This document shows, in pieces, positions 46,206-55,523 of a stretch of DNA of 64,000 nucleotides. Below the pieces are notes generated by a model. It was given only the letters and a program-made list of their open reading frames with translations. It was not told where the DNA came from and ran no database searches. The DNA is from Polyangiaceae bacterium (GTDB lineage Bacteria > Myxococcota_A > Polyangia > Polyangiales > Polyangiaceae), in assembly GCA_044222475.1 (NCBI GenBank), contig JBGANF010000032.1, positions 1 to 64,000 of the forward strand. The letters are read 5' to 3'. Within the stretch, counting starts at the first letter, position 1. Each line of letters begins with the position of its first letter. Made by a program: the position numbers and the translations under genes.

Positions 46206-48716
46206 TCAGCTCGACGATTCCAGACAGGCCTCGATGGCCTCGAGCTCGAGCTCGAGGCCGGCCACCGGCGGCGCTCCGGTCGAGGCGAGCCCGCGGGCGA
46301 GGAGCTCGTCGACGGCGCCGCCGATCGCCGCGCGCGCGATCGCCGCACCGTCGAGCTGGGGCGATGCCCAGGCCGACGCGCGCACGACGGCTTTCGCGAC
46401 CGCGGTCCACGGCACGGTGCCGGCGCCCGCCTCGCGGGTGAGCTCGGTGAGCCCTTCGGCGAGGGGGTCGGTCACCCGGGCGACGGCGCGGTCGACGCGG
46501 TAGCGCACCATCGTCGGATCGTGCGCAGCGGCTCCGGCGTCGCGGCCGGTGACGAGGAGCGCGAGGTCTTGGACCCACGCCTCGAGCGCGGGCGCGATGC
46601 GCTCGGCGAGGGTCTTGGCCGCGCTCTCGGACTGTTCTTCGATGCGGGCGGCGGCGCGCCGGGAGGCGGCTCGGCGCTCGCTGTCGGCCAAGCGCTCGGC
46701 GGCCTCGGCCTCGGCCGCGCGCTTCGCCGCGCCGCGCAGCGCGACGACGACTCGCTTCGCGCGCCGCCGGAGCGCGCGCTCCTTGAGGTCTTCGCTGCGA
46801 GCGACGATCTCTTCGTCGAGCAGCTTCTCGACGGCGGCGAAGCCCGACGCCTCGGCGGCGGCGGCGTCGCCGAGCTTGCCGGTGAGGGCGAGCCTCGCGC
46901 TGAGGGCGAGCGGTGGTCGGTACGACTTCAAGCCGGTCTCGTCGAGCGCGGCCTCGACGGCGGCGAGCACCTTCGCGCGATCGTCAGCCGACAGACGATC
47001 GGCCTTGTTGACCAGGAGCTGCACGGGGAGCCCGCGCGCCTTCGCCTCTTCGAGGAAGCCGCGCTCGGTCGCCTTCATCGCCTGTCCCGCGTCGAGCAGC
47101 CAGATCGCCGCGTCGGCCTCCTCGAACGCCTCGCGCGCGGCGGCGCTGTGGCGCGGGTCGGGCGCGTTGAAGCCCGGCGTGTCGAGGATCTCGACGCGGG
47201 TGAGCGACGCGCGAGGAAGGAGGATCTCGACGCGGCGCACGGTCTCCGGATCGAGCGTTTTCAGCGTCGCGCGCAGGTCGGCGGTCGCGACGAGGCGCTC
47301 TTTGGGCTCGCCCTCGAGCAGGATGCGGGCGATCGGATCGGGAGCCCAACGTAGGTGGTGCAGCGTCGCGGTGGTCGGCAGGACGCCGGTGGGCGCGACG
47401 TCGGCGCCGATGAGGGCGTTGATGAAGGTGCTCTTCCCGGCGTTGAACTCGCCGACGATCGCGATGCGGACCGGCCGCCGCCGCTCGCGCGCGAGATCGC
47501 CGATGCTGGCGATGGACTCGAGGTCGTGCAGGCCGCGCGCCAGGTCGTCGAGCCGGGCGAGGAGCTCGGGCCAGCTGGCCGCCGCGCCTTCGGGCAGCCA
47601 CCGGCGCACGAGATCGATGCGCCGCCGCCCCGCCCAGCGCCGCAGCGCTTCGCTCTTGATGGCGCGCATGGCGTCGAGGCGCTCGGCGACGGTGCCTTCG
47701 GCGGGGGACGCAGCGAGCAGCGCGCGAGCTTCGTCGACCTCGCGCTCGGCCCCGGCGGGGATCGCGCCCACGGCGAGGGCGAGGGACTCGTCGTCGCCCT
47801 CCTCGAGCGCCGCGTCGAAGAGCGGCTTCGCCGCCGTGACGTCGCCGCTTCGGACCGCGGTCGCGAGGGCCTCGCGTGCGGCCTTGCGGTCACCGGCCGC
47901 GCGGGCGAACGCCGCGCGGAAGCGCGCGAGCTCGTGCTCGCCGCGACCTTCGACGACGGTCTTCACGCGGGCCAGCGTCTCGTCGTCGGTCTTGATCCAC
48001 GCCACCGATGACGAGAGCAGCTCGCTGGCGCCCGGCACCTCGAGGAGGTACGCGCGCAGCAGGGGAGTGAACGCCCGCTTGTCGGAGAGGGCGGCGAACG
48101 CGCGCCCGCGCAGGAGCGCGGAGCGCCCGTCGAGCACGTCGTCGGTGCGGGCGTCGAGGGCGCGCAGCGCGCCTTTCGGATCGAACGCGAGGAGCCTCGC
48201 CTCGGCGCGGCGGGTCGCGGCCTCGGTCGTCTTGTCGACGGTGATCCGGTCGAGCCACACCTCGGCGCGCGCCGCGTCCCCTCGGGCGAGGTCCCAGTCG
48301 GCGAGCTCGAGCAGCGCGTCGCGCCGAGCCTCGCTGCCGGCGGGGGCGACCGCGAGGGCGCGCACGTAGGCGTCGTGGATCTCGTCCGGGGGCGCTTGGG
48401 TCTTCTTCCGCGCGCGTCCGAGCCGGATCCAGACCTCGGGGCGCGACGCGGCGCGCTTCGCGAGCTCTTCGAGCGTCAGGTGAGCTTCCGCGTCCAACCC
48501 GGCGATTTCACACGCATCTGCGAGGAGCGCGAGGCCGAGCGGACTCCCCGGCACCTTCTGGAGGATCGCGTGCGCCGCCGTGCGGGCGCGCATGCCGTCG
48601 CCGCGGGCGAGGGCTTCCTGGCCGTCGTGGAGCTTCGGATCGAGCCCCGCGAGCGCGATTTCGACGCGACCGAGCCAGCGGCCCAGCGTGTCCGAGAGCG
48701 CGTCCTGAAGCGCCAT
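46206..48716 (-). CDS. Dynamin-like GTPase with N-terminal TPR region
   Basis: GEFNAGKS, GVLPTT, LDTPG, NKAD, LSAR; TPR-like N-terminal 400 aa. Confidence 0.88.
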   Translation of the reverse strand: MALQDALSDTLGRWLGRVEIALAGLDPKLHDGQEALARGDGMRARTAAHAILQKVPGSPLGLALLADACEIAGLDAEAHLTLEELAKRAASRPEVWIRLGRARKKTQAPPDEIHDAYVRALAVAPAGSEARRDALLELADWDLARGDAARAEVWLDRITVDKTTEAATRRAEARLLAFDPKGALRALDARTDDVLDGRSALLRGRAFAALSDKRAFTPLLRAYLLEVPGASELLSSSVAWIKTDDETLARVKTVVEGRGEHELARFRAAFARAAGDRKAAREALATAVRSGDVTAAKPLFDAALEEGDDESLALAVGAIPAGAEREVDEARALLAASPAEGTVAERLDAMRAIKSEALRRWAGRRRIDLVRRWLPEGAAASWPELLARLDDLARGLHDLESIASIGDLARERRRPVRIAIVGEFNAGKSTFINALIGADVAPTGVLPTTATLHHLRWAPDPIARILLEGEPKERLVATADLRATLKTLDPETVRRVEILLPRASLTRVEILDTPGFNAPDPRHSAAAREAFEEADAAIWLLDAGQAMKATERGFLEEAKARGLPVQLLVNKADRLSADDRAKVLAAVEAALDETGLKSYRPPLALSARLALTGKLGDAAAAEASGFAAVEKLLDEEIVARSEDLKERALRRRAKRVVVALRGAAKRAAEAEAAERLADSERRAASRRAAARIEEQSESAAKTLAERIAPALEAWVQDLALLVTGRDAGAAAHDPTMVRYRVDRAVARVTDPLAEGLTELTREAGAGTVPWTAVAKAVVRASAWASPQLDGAAIARAAIGGAVDELLARGLASTGAPPVAGLELELEAIEACLESSS

Positions 48717-48822
48717 GGCGGGCGAGGGTACTCGATTTCGCGCAACCGGTGGGGCTCGGGGCCGACGGGGACTGCGGCGCGCATCTCTTCCACCTTCCAC
48801 CCGCGCGCGAAAGGAACCCGTC

Positions 48823-50355
48823 ATGCGTTCGTCCGTCTTCGTCGTTTCGTCGTTCGTTGCTCTCGCTCTCGCCGCCGGTTGCGCGGTCGACCCGTTTGCC
48901 AGCTCGCCCGAGGCGAAGGATGCGGGAGGGCCCAACGTCGACGGCGGGGTCGGCAACGACGGCCAGGCGCCGGTGGCCGACGCGGCGCCGGTGATCGACG
49001 CCGCGCTTCCGCCCGGCTGCGACGCGAAGAAGCTCCCGGCCGACGACGCGTGCGTCATCGACGAAGCGGCGGCGGTGTTCGTGTCGACGACCGGCAGCGC
49101 GTCCGGTGACGGCACTCGGGCGAAGCCGCTCGCGTCGATCGCCGACGGCATCACGCTCGCCTGCTCGAGCTGGAAGTGGAACGCGAGCGGCCGCGCGAAG
49201 ATCGCGTCGCCCCAGAGCCCGGCGATGCGCGCCACGTCGATCAACCTGGACACGCGCGTCGAAGGCTTCGACGTCGTCGCGCCCGCAGGCACCGCGAACG
49301 CGCCGAGCTCGATCGGGTTCATCGCCGCGACGTCGCCGGGCGTGCGCTTCGTGCACGGGTCGATCACCGCGGGAGCGGGGTTCGCTGGCGCGGCGGGATC
49401 GGACGCGGTGCAGCTAACCAACGGCGCATACGTGAACGGCGACGAGAACACGGCCGACGGCAAGTGCTCGGGTGTCACCGCTCCGGTCTGCATCTCATGG
49501 CACACGTCACGCGCCGGTGGAGTGAACGCCTGCATTGGCAAGACCGGGTTCGCGGGTGGGAATGGCGGAGAAGGCGGGAACGGCGGGTCCTACATCGACA
49601 ACGGCTTCCAGTGGTCGGAGCAGACGTCTTGGTCCGTCGGCCTCCCGCAGGTGGCGACGTCGACCACCGCCGCGGGCAGCACGGGCGTCTCCGCCGCGCA
49701 GGTGGGTGCGACCGGTGCGATCGGTACGAATGGATCCAACGGCACGGCCGGTGTCTTCTCGTCGTCCGGGTTCACGCCGGCAGACGGCACGGCCGCGACC
49801 GACGGCGCTCCCGGTCAGGGCGGTGGCGGCGGAGCTGGTTATGGCATTCCCAACTCGCGACTGGGGAGCTACCCGAACGGTACGCTCGTCTACGGCATCC
49901 CCGGCAGCGGCGGTGGCGCGGGCGGTTGTCCCGGTCTCGCGGGCTCGCAGGGCAAGGGCGGCGGCGCCAGCGTTGCGCTCCTCGCGACCGACTCGCCGAT
50001 GACGTTCGAGGACTCGAAGCTCGTCGCGTCGGCCGGCGGCGCGGGCGGCGCGGCGGGCGCATCCACGGCCGGCACCAGCGGCGGCGCGGGTGGCGCGGAC
50101 GCCACCGGGTACGGCTTGGCGCTCGCCGGGAAGTTCCTCGGCGCGTCGGGCGGAGCCGGCGGCAACGCGGGGCTCAGCGGCCAAGGCGCGGGCGGCCCGT
50201 CGGTCGGCTACGCGTACCATGGCGTCGCGCCGACGTTCCTCTCGACGCCGATCACCTACGGCGCCGGCGGCAGCGGCGCGCCGGCGAAGGTCGTCCCCGC
50301 GGGGACCATCCCGGCTTCGCCGAACGGCCTCGCGGCGAACAGCACCACGTTCTGA
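48823..50355 (+). CDS. Gly-rich (PE-PGRS-like) surface lipoprotein
   Basis: LAAGC lipobox, VFVS...GDGTRAKPL, GQGGGGG, GGGAGGCPG, GGASVAL. Confidence 0.82.
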   Translation: MRSSVFVVSSFVALALAAGCAVDPFASSPEAKDAGGPNVDGGVGNDGQAPVADAAPVIDAALPPGCDAKKLPADDACVIDEAAAVFVSTTGSASGDGTRAKPLASIADGITLACSSWKWNASGRAKIASPQSPAMRATSINLDTRVEGFDVVAPAGTANAPSSIGFIAATSPGVRFVHGSITAGAGFAGAAGSDAVQLTNGAYVNGDENTADGKCSGVTAPVCISWHTSRAGGVNACIGKTGFAGGNGGEGGNGGSYIDNGFQWSEQTSWSVGLPQVATSTTAAGSTGVSAAQVGATGAIGTNGSNGTAGVFSSSGFTPADGTAATDGAPGQGGGGGAGYGIPNSRLGSYPNGTLVYGIPGSGGGAGGCPGLAGSQGKGGGASVALLATDSPMTFEDSKLVASAGGAGGAAGASTAGTSGGAGGADATGYGLALAGKFLGASGGAGGNAGLSGQGAGGPSVGYAYHGVAPTFLSTPITYGAGGSGAPAKVVPAGTIPASPNGLAANSTTF

Positions 50356-50359
50356 CGAA

Positions 50360-51292
50360 TCAGAGCTCCTCGGCTGCGAGGAGGCGCGCGAGCCGCGCCT
50401 CTTCCAGCCGGAGCACGAGCACCTTCTCTCGATCGATGACGACCGCGCCGGGCGATGCCTTGCGCGGTTTTCGCACGTGCTTGCGGAGCACGTAGCTGAC
50501 CTCGACCGTCGGCTCGCCGCGCGCGTCGGAGAAATGCGCGGCGAGGTGGGCCGCGTCGGCGAGGAGATCACCCGGGCACGTCTGCTCGCGCTTCAAGGGA
50601 ACGACGACGTGCGCCCCGGGTACGCCGCGCGCGTGGAGCCACAGGTGGTACGGCTTCGCGACGTGGAACGTGAGCGCGTCGTTGTGCTCCGCGCCGCGGC
50701 CGACGAGCACGCGGCCGCTCGGCGCCGCGAAGGCGCGGTACGGCGGTCGCGGAAGATCCCGCGTCGGCTTCTTGCCCGGGGGCGGGGGCTTGCGGAGCGA
50801 GCGGGCGTCGTCGGGGGCATCACGGCGGAGCGCGTCGACGATCGCGCCGAGCGCGTCGAGATCCGCCGCGGATTCGATCGCGGCGAGCGCGGTCCGAAGC
50901 GCGGACACCGCAGCTTCGGTGCGCGCGAGCCGCGCGCGGGCGACGGGCTCGCCGTCGCGGAGGCGCTTCGCCTTGCGGAAGACGTCGTCGATCTGAGCGC
51001 GTGCGCTACGCGCGGGGTCGAGCGGGATCGAGCGGGTGACCGCCTCGCCGCTGGACCAATCGACGTACTCCATCGCGCGCGCGCCGCGGGGAACCTTGGC
51101 GACGGCGCTCACGATCCACGCCGCGTGCGCCGCGAGAGCGCGCGCCTCGGCGATCCGCTCGAGGTCGCTCACGATCGCCGACGCCCGTCGCGCCGCCCGC
51201 GCGTGCGCGCGGCGAACGGCCGACAGCAGCGCCGCGCGCTCGGCGTCGAGTGGCGGAGGTGGCGGCAGTCGACTGGGGGTCTCGTCGGTCAT
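50360..51292 (-). CDS. NFACT-R (DUF814) domain protein
   Basis: VLVGRGAEHNDALT, LWLHARGVPGAHVV, AAHLAAHFS, VRKPRKASPGAV. Confidence 0.88.
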   Translation of the reverse strand: MTDETPSRLPPPPPLDAERAALLSAVRRAHARAARRASAIVSDLERIAEARALAAHAAWIVSAVAKVPRGARAMEYVDWSSGEAVTRSIPLDPARSARAQIDDVFRKAKRLRDGEPVARARLARTEAAVSALRTALAAIESAADLDALGAIVDALRRDAPDDARSLRKPPPPGKKPTRDLPRPPYRAFAAPSGRVLVGRGAEHNDALTFHVAKPYHLWLHARGVPGAHVVVPLKREQTCPGDLLADAAHLAAHFSDARGEPTVEVSYVLRKHVRKPRKASPGAVVIDREKVLVLRLEEARLARLLAAEEL

Positions 51293-51342
51293 CGGGCGAC
51301 TCGCGCGACGCGAGCGATGCACTATATTCGAGCATCGTGAGC

Positions 51343-52470
51343 ATGCTGACGATCTCCCGCATCCTCCGTTCTTCCGTTCTCGTGTCCCTCTCCGCGTCGC
51401 TGGCCTGCGGAGGCGGTTCCGCCCAGCAGCAAGCCGCGACGCCGGCCGCATCCTCGGCCCCTCCGCCGGCGTACGCCAGCGCTGCGCCGCCGCCGCCGGG
51501 GTACTACGCGACCGCTGCGCCGCCGCCGCCGGGCTACTACGGCACCGCCGCACCGCCCCCGCCGGGCTACGGTGCACCGCCCCCGACGGCGCCGCCGCCC
51601 CCCACGACGCCACCCCAACCTCCTCCGACCGCGCCCCCCCCGCCGCCCACGGTGGCTCTCCCACCGCCGACCCGGATGCCGCTGCCGCCGCTCCTCGGTG
51701 CGCCCGCGATTCAAGCCGAGGTGCGGCTCGTCCTCGACGAGCTCATTCGCAACTTGAGCCCCGACTACCAGAAGCGCGTCGTAGGCATCCCGCTCAAGTT
51801 CGAGACCGATCCGAACGAGATCAACGCCTACGCCGGCTGCGACGAGCAGGGTGCGTCGTACATGGCCGCCACGCAGGGGATGCTCGACGCGATCGACGGC
51901 ATGGCGCAGACGAAGGCCACCGACGAGCTCTTCGGCACGCAGACGTACGACGCGTACGCCGCAGCCGTGATCCCGAAGCTGATCCAGCCGAAGGGCGGCA
52001 GTGCGGCGCTCCCGTTGACGATCATCCCGCTCCAGTACGCGGCCGACGTGCGTCGCCTGTCGCGCGCGCACGAGCTCGTCGACGACATCGTCGCGTTCAC
52101 GTTCGGTCACGAGCTCGCGCATCACTACCTCGGGCACACCGGCTGTGCGAACGGAGCGACGCCGCTGCAGCAGGGGATCGCCGTGCTCGGTCACCTCGGC
52201 ACGAAGCTCGTGCCGTTGTTCAATCAGCCGAACGAGCTCGCGGCCGACAACGTCGGGCTCTTCAACGTGATGGACACCGGGCGCGCGAGGCGGCCTCTGT
52301 TCGAGTGGAGCGAGAAGGGCGGGCTCGTGATGCTCGATTTCTTCTCGCGCGTCGAGCGAGCGGCGGGATCGAGCCCGCTCGTGTCGTTTCTGAGGAGTCA
52401 CCCTCCGTCGCGGGACCGGATGCTCTGGGTGCAGGGATTCGCGTCGACGTGGCGGCAGCAGCATCCGTAG
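51343..52470 (+). CDS. M48-family zinc metallopeptidase lipoprotein with Pro-rich N-terminus
   Basis: SLAC lipobox, INAYA, GHELAHH, ELAAD, SHP. Confidence 0.88.
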   Translation: MLTISRILRSSVLVSLSASLACGGGSAQQQAATPAASSAPPPAYASAAPPPPGYYATAAPPPPGYYGTAAPPPPGYGAPPPTAPPPPTTPPQPPPTAPPPPPTVALPPPTRMPLPPLLGAPAIQAEVRLVLDELIRNLSPDYQKRVVGIPLKFETDPNEINAYAGCDEQGASYMAATQGMLDAIDGMAQTKATDELFGTQTYDAYAAAVIPKLIQPKGGSAALPLTIIPLQYAADVRRLSRAHELVDDIVAFTFGHELAHHYLGHTGCANGATPLQQGIAVLGHLGTKLVPLFNQPNELAADNVGLFNVMDTGRARRPLFEWSEKGGLVMLDFFSRVERAAGSSPLVSFLRSHPPSRDRMLWVQGFASTWRQQHP

Positions 52471-52475
52471 GCGAG

Positions 52476-52553
52476 GCCGAAGCCGAAGCCGAAGCCGAAG
52501 CCGAAGCCGAAGCCGAAGCCGAAGCCGAAGCCGAAGCCGAAGCCGAAGCCGAA
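52476..52553. repeat. Perfect hexanucleotide tandem repeat (GCCGAA)x13
   Basis: Counted directly; starts 6 bp after the peptidase stop. Confidence 0.97.
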
Positions 52554-52866
52554 GCGTAGCGTTCCAAAATGGGACAGTGGTCGCCGCGACGTACTCCTGC
52601 GCCCAGTGCTTACTGTACCTCGCTCGGCAGTTCGATCGTGCCACGGTGCTCGGCCGGTTCAAGGCAGATGGGATGTACCGGCGCGAGCCCGTCGCCTCCC
52701 CGCAGAAATAGCGACTGACCTCCCGCCGGTGGCCGAAGCTACCGACGCCCCGACGTGCTCAGCGGCACACGGCGGTGGCGCCGGAGCGCGCCAGAAATGA
52801 CAGCGCCTCCGCGCGATGGCGCGGCGAACGTGCCTTGGCGCGGGTGCGCGGGGCGAAAGGAACACC

Positions 52867-53181
52867 ATGCTCAAGATTCAATCGTTTGCTCTCGAAACCG
52901 TGAAGTCGTTGGCTCCCGCGGTGAAGGCGGTGGCGTCGCATGACCCGGACCTCGGGCGTCAGCTTCGGCGCGCGGCTTCCAGCATCGTCCTCAATGTCGC
53001 AGAGGGCTCGGGACCAAGGAACGGTAACTCGAGACTCCGGTTCCGGACCGCCTTCGGTTCGACGCGGGAAACGCGTGCCGCCCTCGAGCTTGCGGCCGCT
53101 TGGGGCTACGTCGAACGAGACGAGCAGCTGCTCGATGCGCTGGATCGCATCGCAGCGACGCTCTTCCGGTTGGCGGAGTAG
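52867..53181 (+). CDS. Four helix bundle protein (23S rRNA-IVS / Avd-like family)
   Basis: AAAGGA RBS; DLGRQLRRAASSIVLNVAEG, FRTAFGSTRETRAAL, WGY. Confidence 0.9.
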   Translation: MLKIQSFALETVKSLAPAVKAVASHDPDLGRQLRRAASSIVLNVAEGSGPRNGNSRLRFRTAFGSTRETRAALELAAAWGYVERDEQLLDALDRIAATLFRLAE

Positions 53182-53191
53182 CCGCCGCGCA

Positions 53192-53213
53192 GGGGCCCGA
53201 GCAATCGGGCCCC
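53192..53213. terminator. GC hairpin after the four helix bundle gene
   Basis: ggggcccga-gcaa-tcgggcccc, perfect 9-bp stem with GNRA loop, no U tract. Confidence 0.5.
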
Positions 53214-53349
53214 GCCGCAGCGGGCGAGAAATTCTCGATGCCTCCCGATCATCTTCGAGTCTGGGGCGCGGGCTCTCGAATCAGCCAAAGCATGTCAGCG
53301 TTCGTCCGTCCCACGCGTAGGTCCGAGAGCGTCGTCGACGACCTCCTCA

Positions 53350-53892
53350 ATGACCTGGTACGACGAATATCCGTGGACCTCTCATGCTGACGCAATGAGC
53401 GATCCGTCGAAGCTCCGGACGTGTTTCGCCACGATCGACTCCGAATGTTCGGAGACGGAGTTCCAACGAGCCCTCTTCTATGTCGACCATGCTTCTTCCG
53501 ACCTGGGGGTCCCCACGTCGCTCGCTCCACCGGTCGTTGCTCGACTGATCGCGTCCGTGCTGTCGCTCGATGGCGCGCGAAGGAAGCTCGTCCTCGGGGA
53601 GGTCGAAGAGCTCACGTGCGGACGGTATGTGGAGACATACACGCCGGCACAAGTGGAGTGGCTCCTAGCTGCGCGCCGCGAGCTGGTGCTTGCCTACCAC
53701 CTTTGGCTTCGACTCGCGGTGACGGGCGATGCGCAGGAGGCAACCGAGTGCATCGACCTCGTCGCGTACGTTGGCGAGTCGTTCCCGGACCTTCGTCCGC
53801 GCGTGCTCGAGTTCCTCCACTCTTGCCGCGCCTCGCGACCTGATCTCGCGGCTGAAGTGGATGCGGTCACCGCCTACCTGGTCGATCCGTGA
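53350..53892 (+). CDS. Hypothetical helical protein (possible immunity protein)
   Basis: 180-aa ORF with weaker GC3 bias; no family recognised. Confidence 0.55.
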   Translation: MTWYDEYPWTSHADAMSDPSKLRTCFATIDSECSETEFQRALFYVDHASSDLGVPTSLAPPVVARLIASVLSLDGARRKLVLGEVEELTCGRYVETYTPAQVEWLLAARRELVLAYHLWLRLAVTGDAQEATECIDLVAYVGESFPDLRPRVLEFLHSCRASRPDLAAEVDAVTAYLVDP

Positions 53893-54128
53893 ATTCAGGC
53901 GGGCCGAGACGGTATTGCGGAGTCGACCGGATTGCGGTGACTGCGCCACGTCGCCTTCGGCTCGACCGGACGCTCGTGCCGGAGCAATCGGGCAGCCTCG
54001 GCCGCTGGTTTGGACTCCCGGGGCTTGAGATCCTCTGTGTTATACTTACGCTCCTCGACTGCGCGGCTGCTCGGTGCGTCGACGTGCGGAGTCGTTCGAC
54101 GGGAGGGCATCCGGTGGATCATTCGGAC

Positions 54129-54551
54129 ATGTCCTTGTTCCTGGGGAAGTTGTTGCCGTCCGCCCCTACGAGGTATGCGGAGCCGAGCGAGAAGGACTGG
54201 CGCGAGCTCGAACGACAGGTGCACTTCGTGTTCCCGACGGAGTTCAAGGACTTCACCGCGTGCGTGACGGCGTTCGAGTACCCGGGGGATCTTCTGAACG
54301 CTTCGGCAGAGCTCCCCAACAACGGCAACGACACGATCGCGCTGACCTATCGCGAAGAGTGCGCCTCGGGCCCCATCCCTTCTTGGTTCGTGCCCTTCCT
54401 CGGTATCGGAAACGGCGACTTCGTCGGCTTCGACTCCCGGGCGCATAGCCGTGGACAGGTCGTGTACTGGTATCACGAGCGGTTGGAGGTCAGCCCGTTG
54501 TACCGGACGTTCAACGGCTGGCTGGAGCACCTCGACGAGTTCGTGTCGTAG
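54129..54551 (+). CDS. SMI1/KNR4 (SUKH) family protein
   Basis: WRELERQVHFVFPTEFKDF, VPFLGIGNGDFVGFD, GQVVYWYHE, TFNGWL. Confidence 0.85.
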   Translation: MSLFLGKLLPSAPTRYAEPSEKDWRELERQVHFVFPTEFKDFTACVTAFEYPGDLLNASAELPNNGNDTIALTYREECASGPIPSWFVPFLGIGNGDFVGFDSRAHSRGQVVYWYHERLEVSPLYRTFNGWLEHLDEFVS

Positions 54552-54597
54552 TGCCCGTGTCTCGCGGTGGAGGCGTGCCCACGTCCGGTGACCAACG

Positions 54598-55485
54598 CTA
54601 GCGTGGCGGCGCAGGTGCCTCGAGGTCACCGAGATCGCTGCACGCGTTTGCGTCGCCCGCATCACAGCCCTTCTTGTAGAAGCGCTTAGCCGCGCCCAAA
54701 TCGACGGCAACGCCGACCCCGTCACGATACATCCGCGCGAGATCGCGGCACCCGGTCGCACCACCGAGGTCGCACGCCATTTGGTAAGAGGCGCGCGCCG
54801 CCGCGAGGTCGAGCGCCGTACCTTCGCCGCCCTCTTGCTGGATCGCGAGGTTGCGACAGCCACTCGGGTCGCCGCCGGCGCAGCCCTTCCGGTACAACTC
54901 GACACACTTTGGATAGTCTCGCGTGACGCCCGCGCCCTTCCAGTACATGTATCCCAAGTTGGTACATGCCCATGCGTCCCGCGCGTCACACGCGGTCGTG
55001 AAGAGCGCCACTGCCTTGCCATCGTCCTGCGCTCGCCCTCCTTGGCCGTAGAAGTAGTGGAGTCCGAGGTGATTGCAGCCGCGCGTGGAGCCGCGCTTGC
55101 AGGCGATCTCGTAGAGTCTCGATGCTTCGACCTTGTTCTCGGCCGTGCCGGTGCCATCGTCGTAGAGCGCTCCGAGATTCGCGCATCCTTCGACGCTGTC
55201 GCCGTCGCAAGCCTGCTTGTAGTAGCGGAGCGCCGTCACGTAGTCGATCGGCGTCCCGTGGCCGAGCTCGTAGCTCATCGCCAGGTCGTTGCATTTCCCG
55301 GCGACTCCACGGTCGCAGGCCTGCTTGTTGAGCTCGATCGCTCGTCGGTACGCGATCTCGCTCGCGGAAAGCTTCGCCGGCGCGGCGGGCGCGACTGCCT
55401 GGGTGGACGCGACGGGGGGAGCGGCGGCACACGCTACGGTGCCAAGGAGGAGAACGAGTGCGACGGACCGACGCATGGTGCGCAT
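54598..55485 (-). CDS. Sel1-like repeat lipoprotein
   Basis: TVAC lipobox; about six ACD...GCxNLG...GxG repeats. Confidence 0.9.
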   Translation of the reverse strand: MRTMRRSVALVLLLGTVACAAAPPVASTQAVAPAAPAKLSASEIAYRRAIELNKQACDRGVAGKCNDLAMSYELGHGTPIDYVTALRYYKQACDGDSVEGCANLGALYDDGTGTAENKVEASRLYEIACKRGSTRGCNHLGLHYFYGQGGRAQDDGKAVALFTTACDARDAWACTNLGYMYWKGAGVTRDYPKCVELYRKGCAGGDPSGCRNLAIQQEGGEGTALDLAAARASYQMACDLGGATGCRDLARMYRDGVGVAVDLGAAKRFYKKGCDAGDANACSDLGDLEAPAPPR

Positions 55486-55523
55486 TCTAGTCGAGACGCG
55501 GTTTGCTCGCTGACGGCGCTTTC

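Noticed and set aside
52476..52553. CRISPR array, or a poly-AE/SA coding region
   Set aside because: Pure hexamer repeat with no spacers and no cas genes; ORFs through it are shadow frames.
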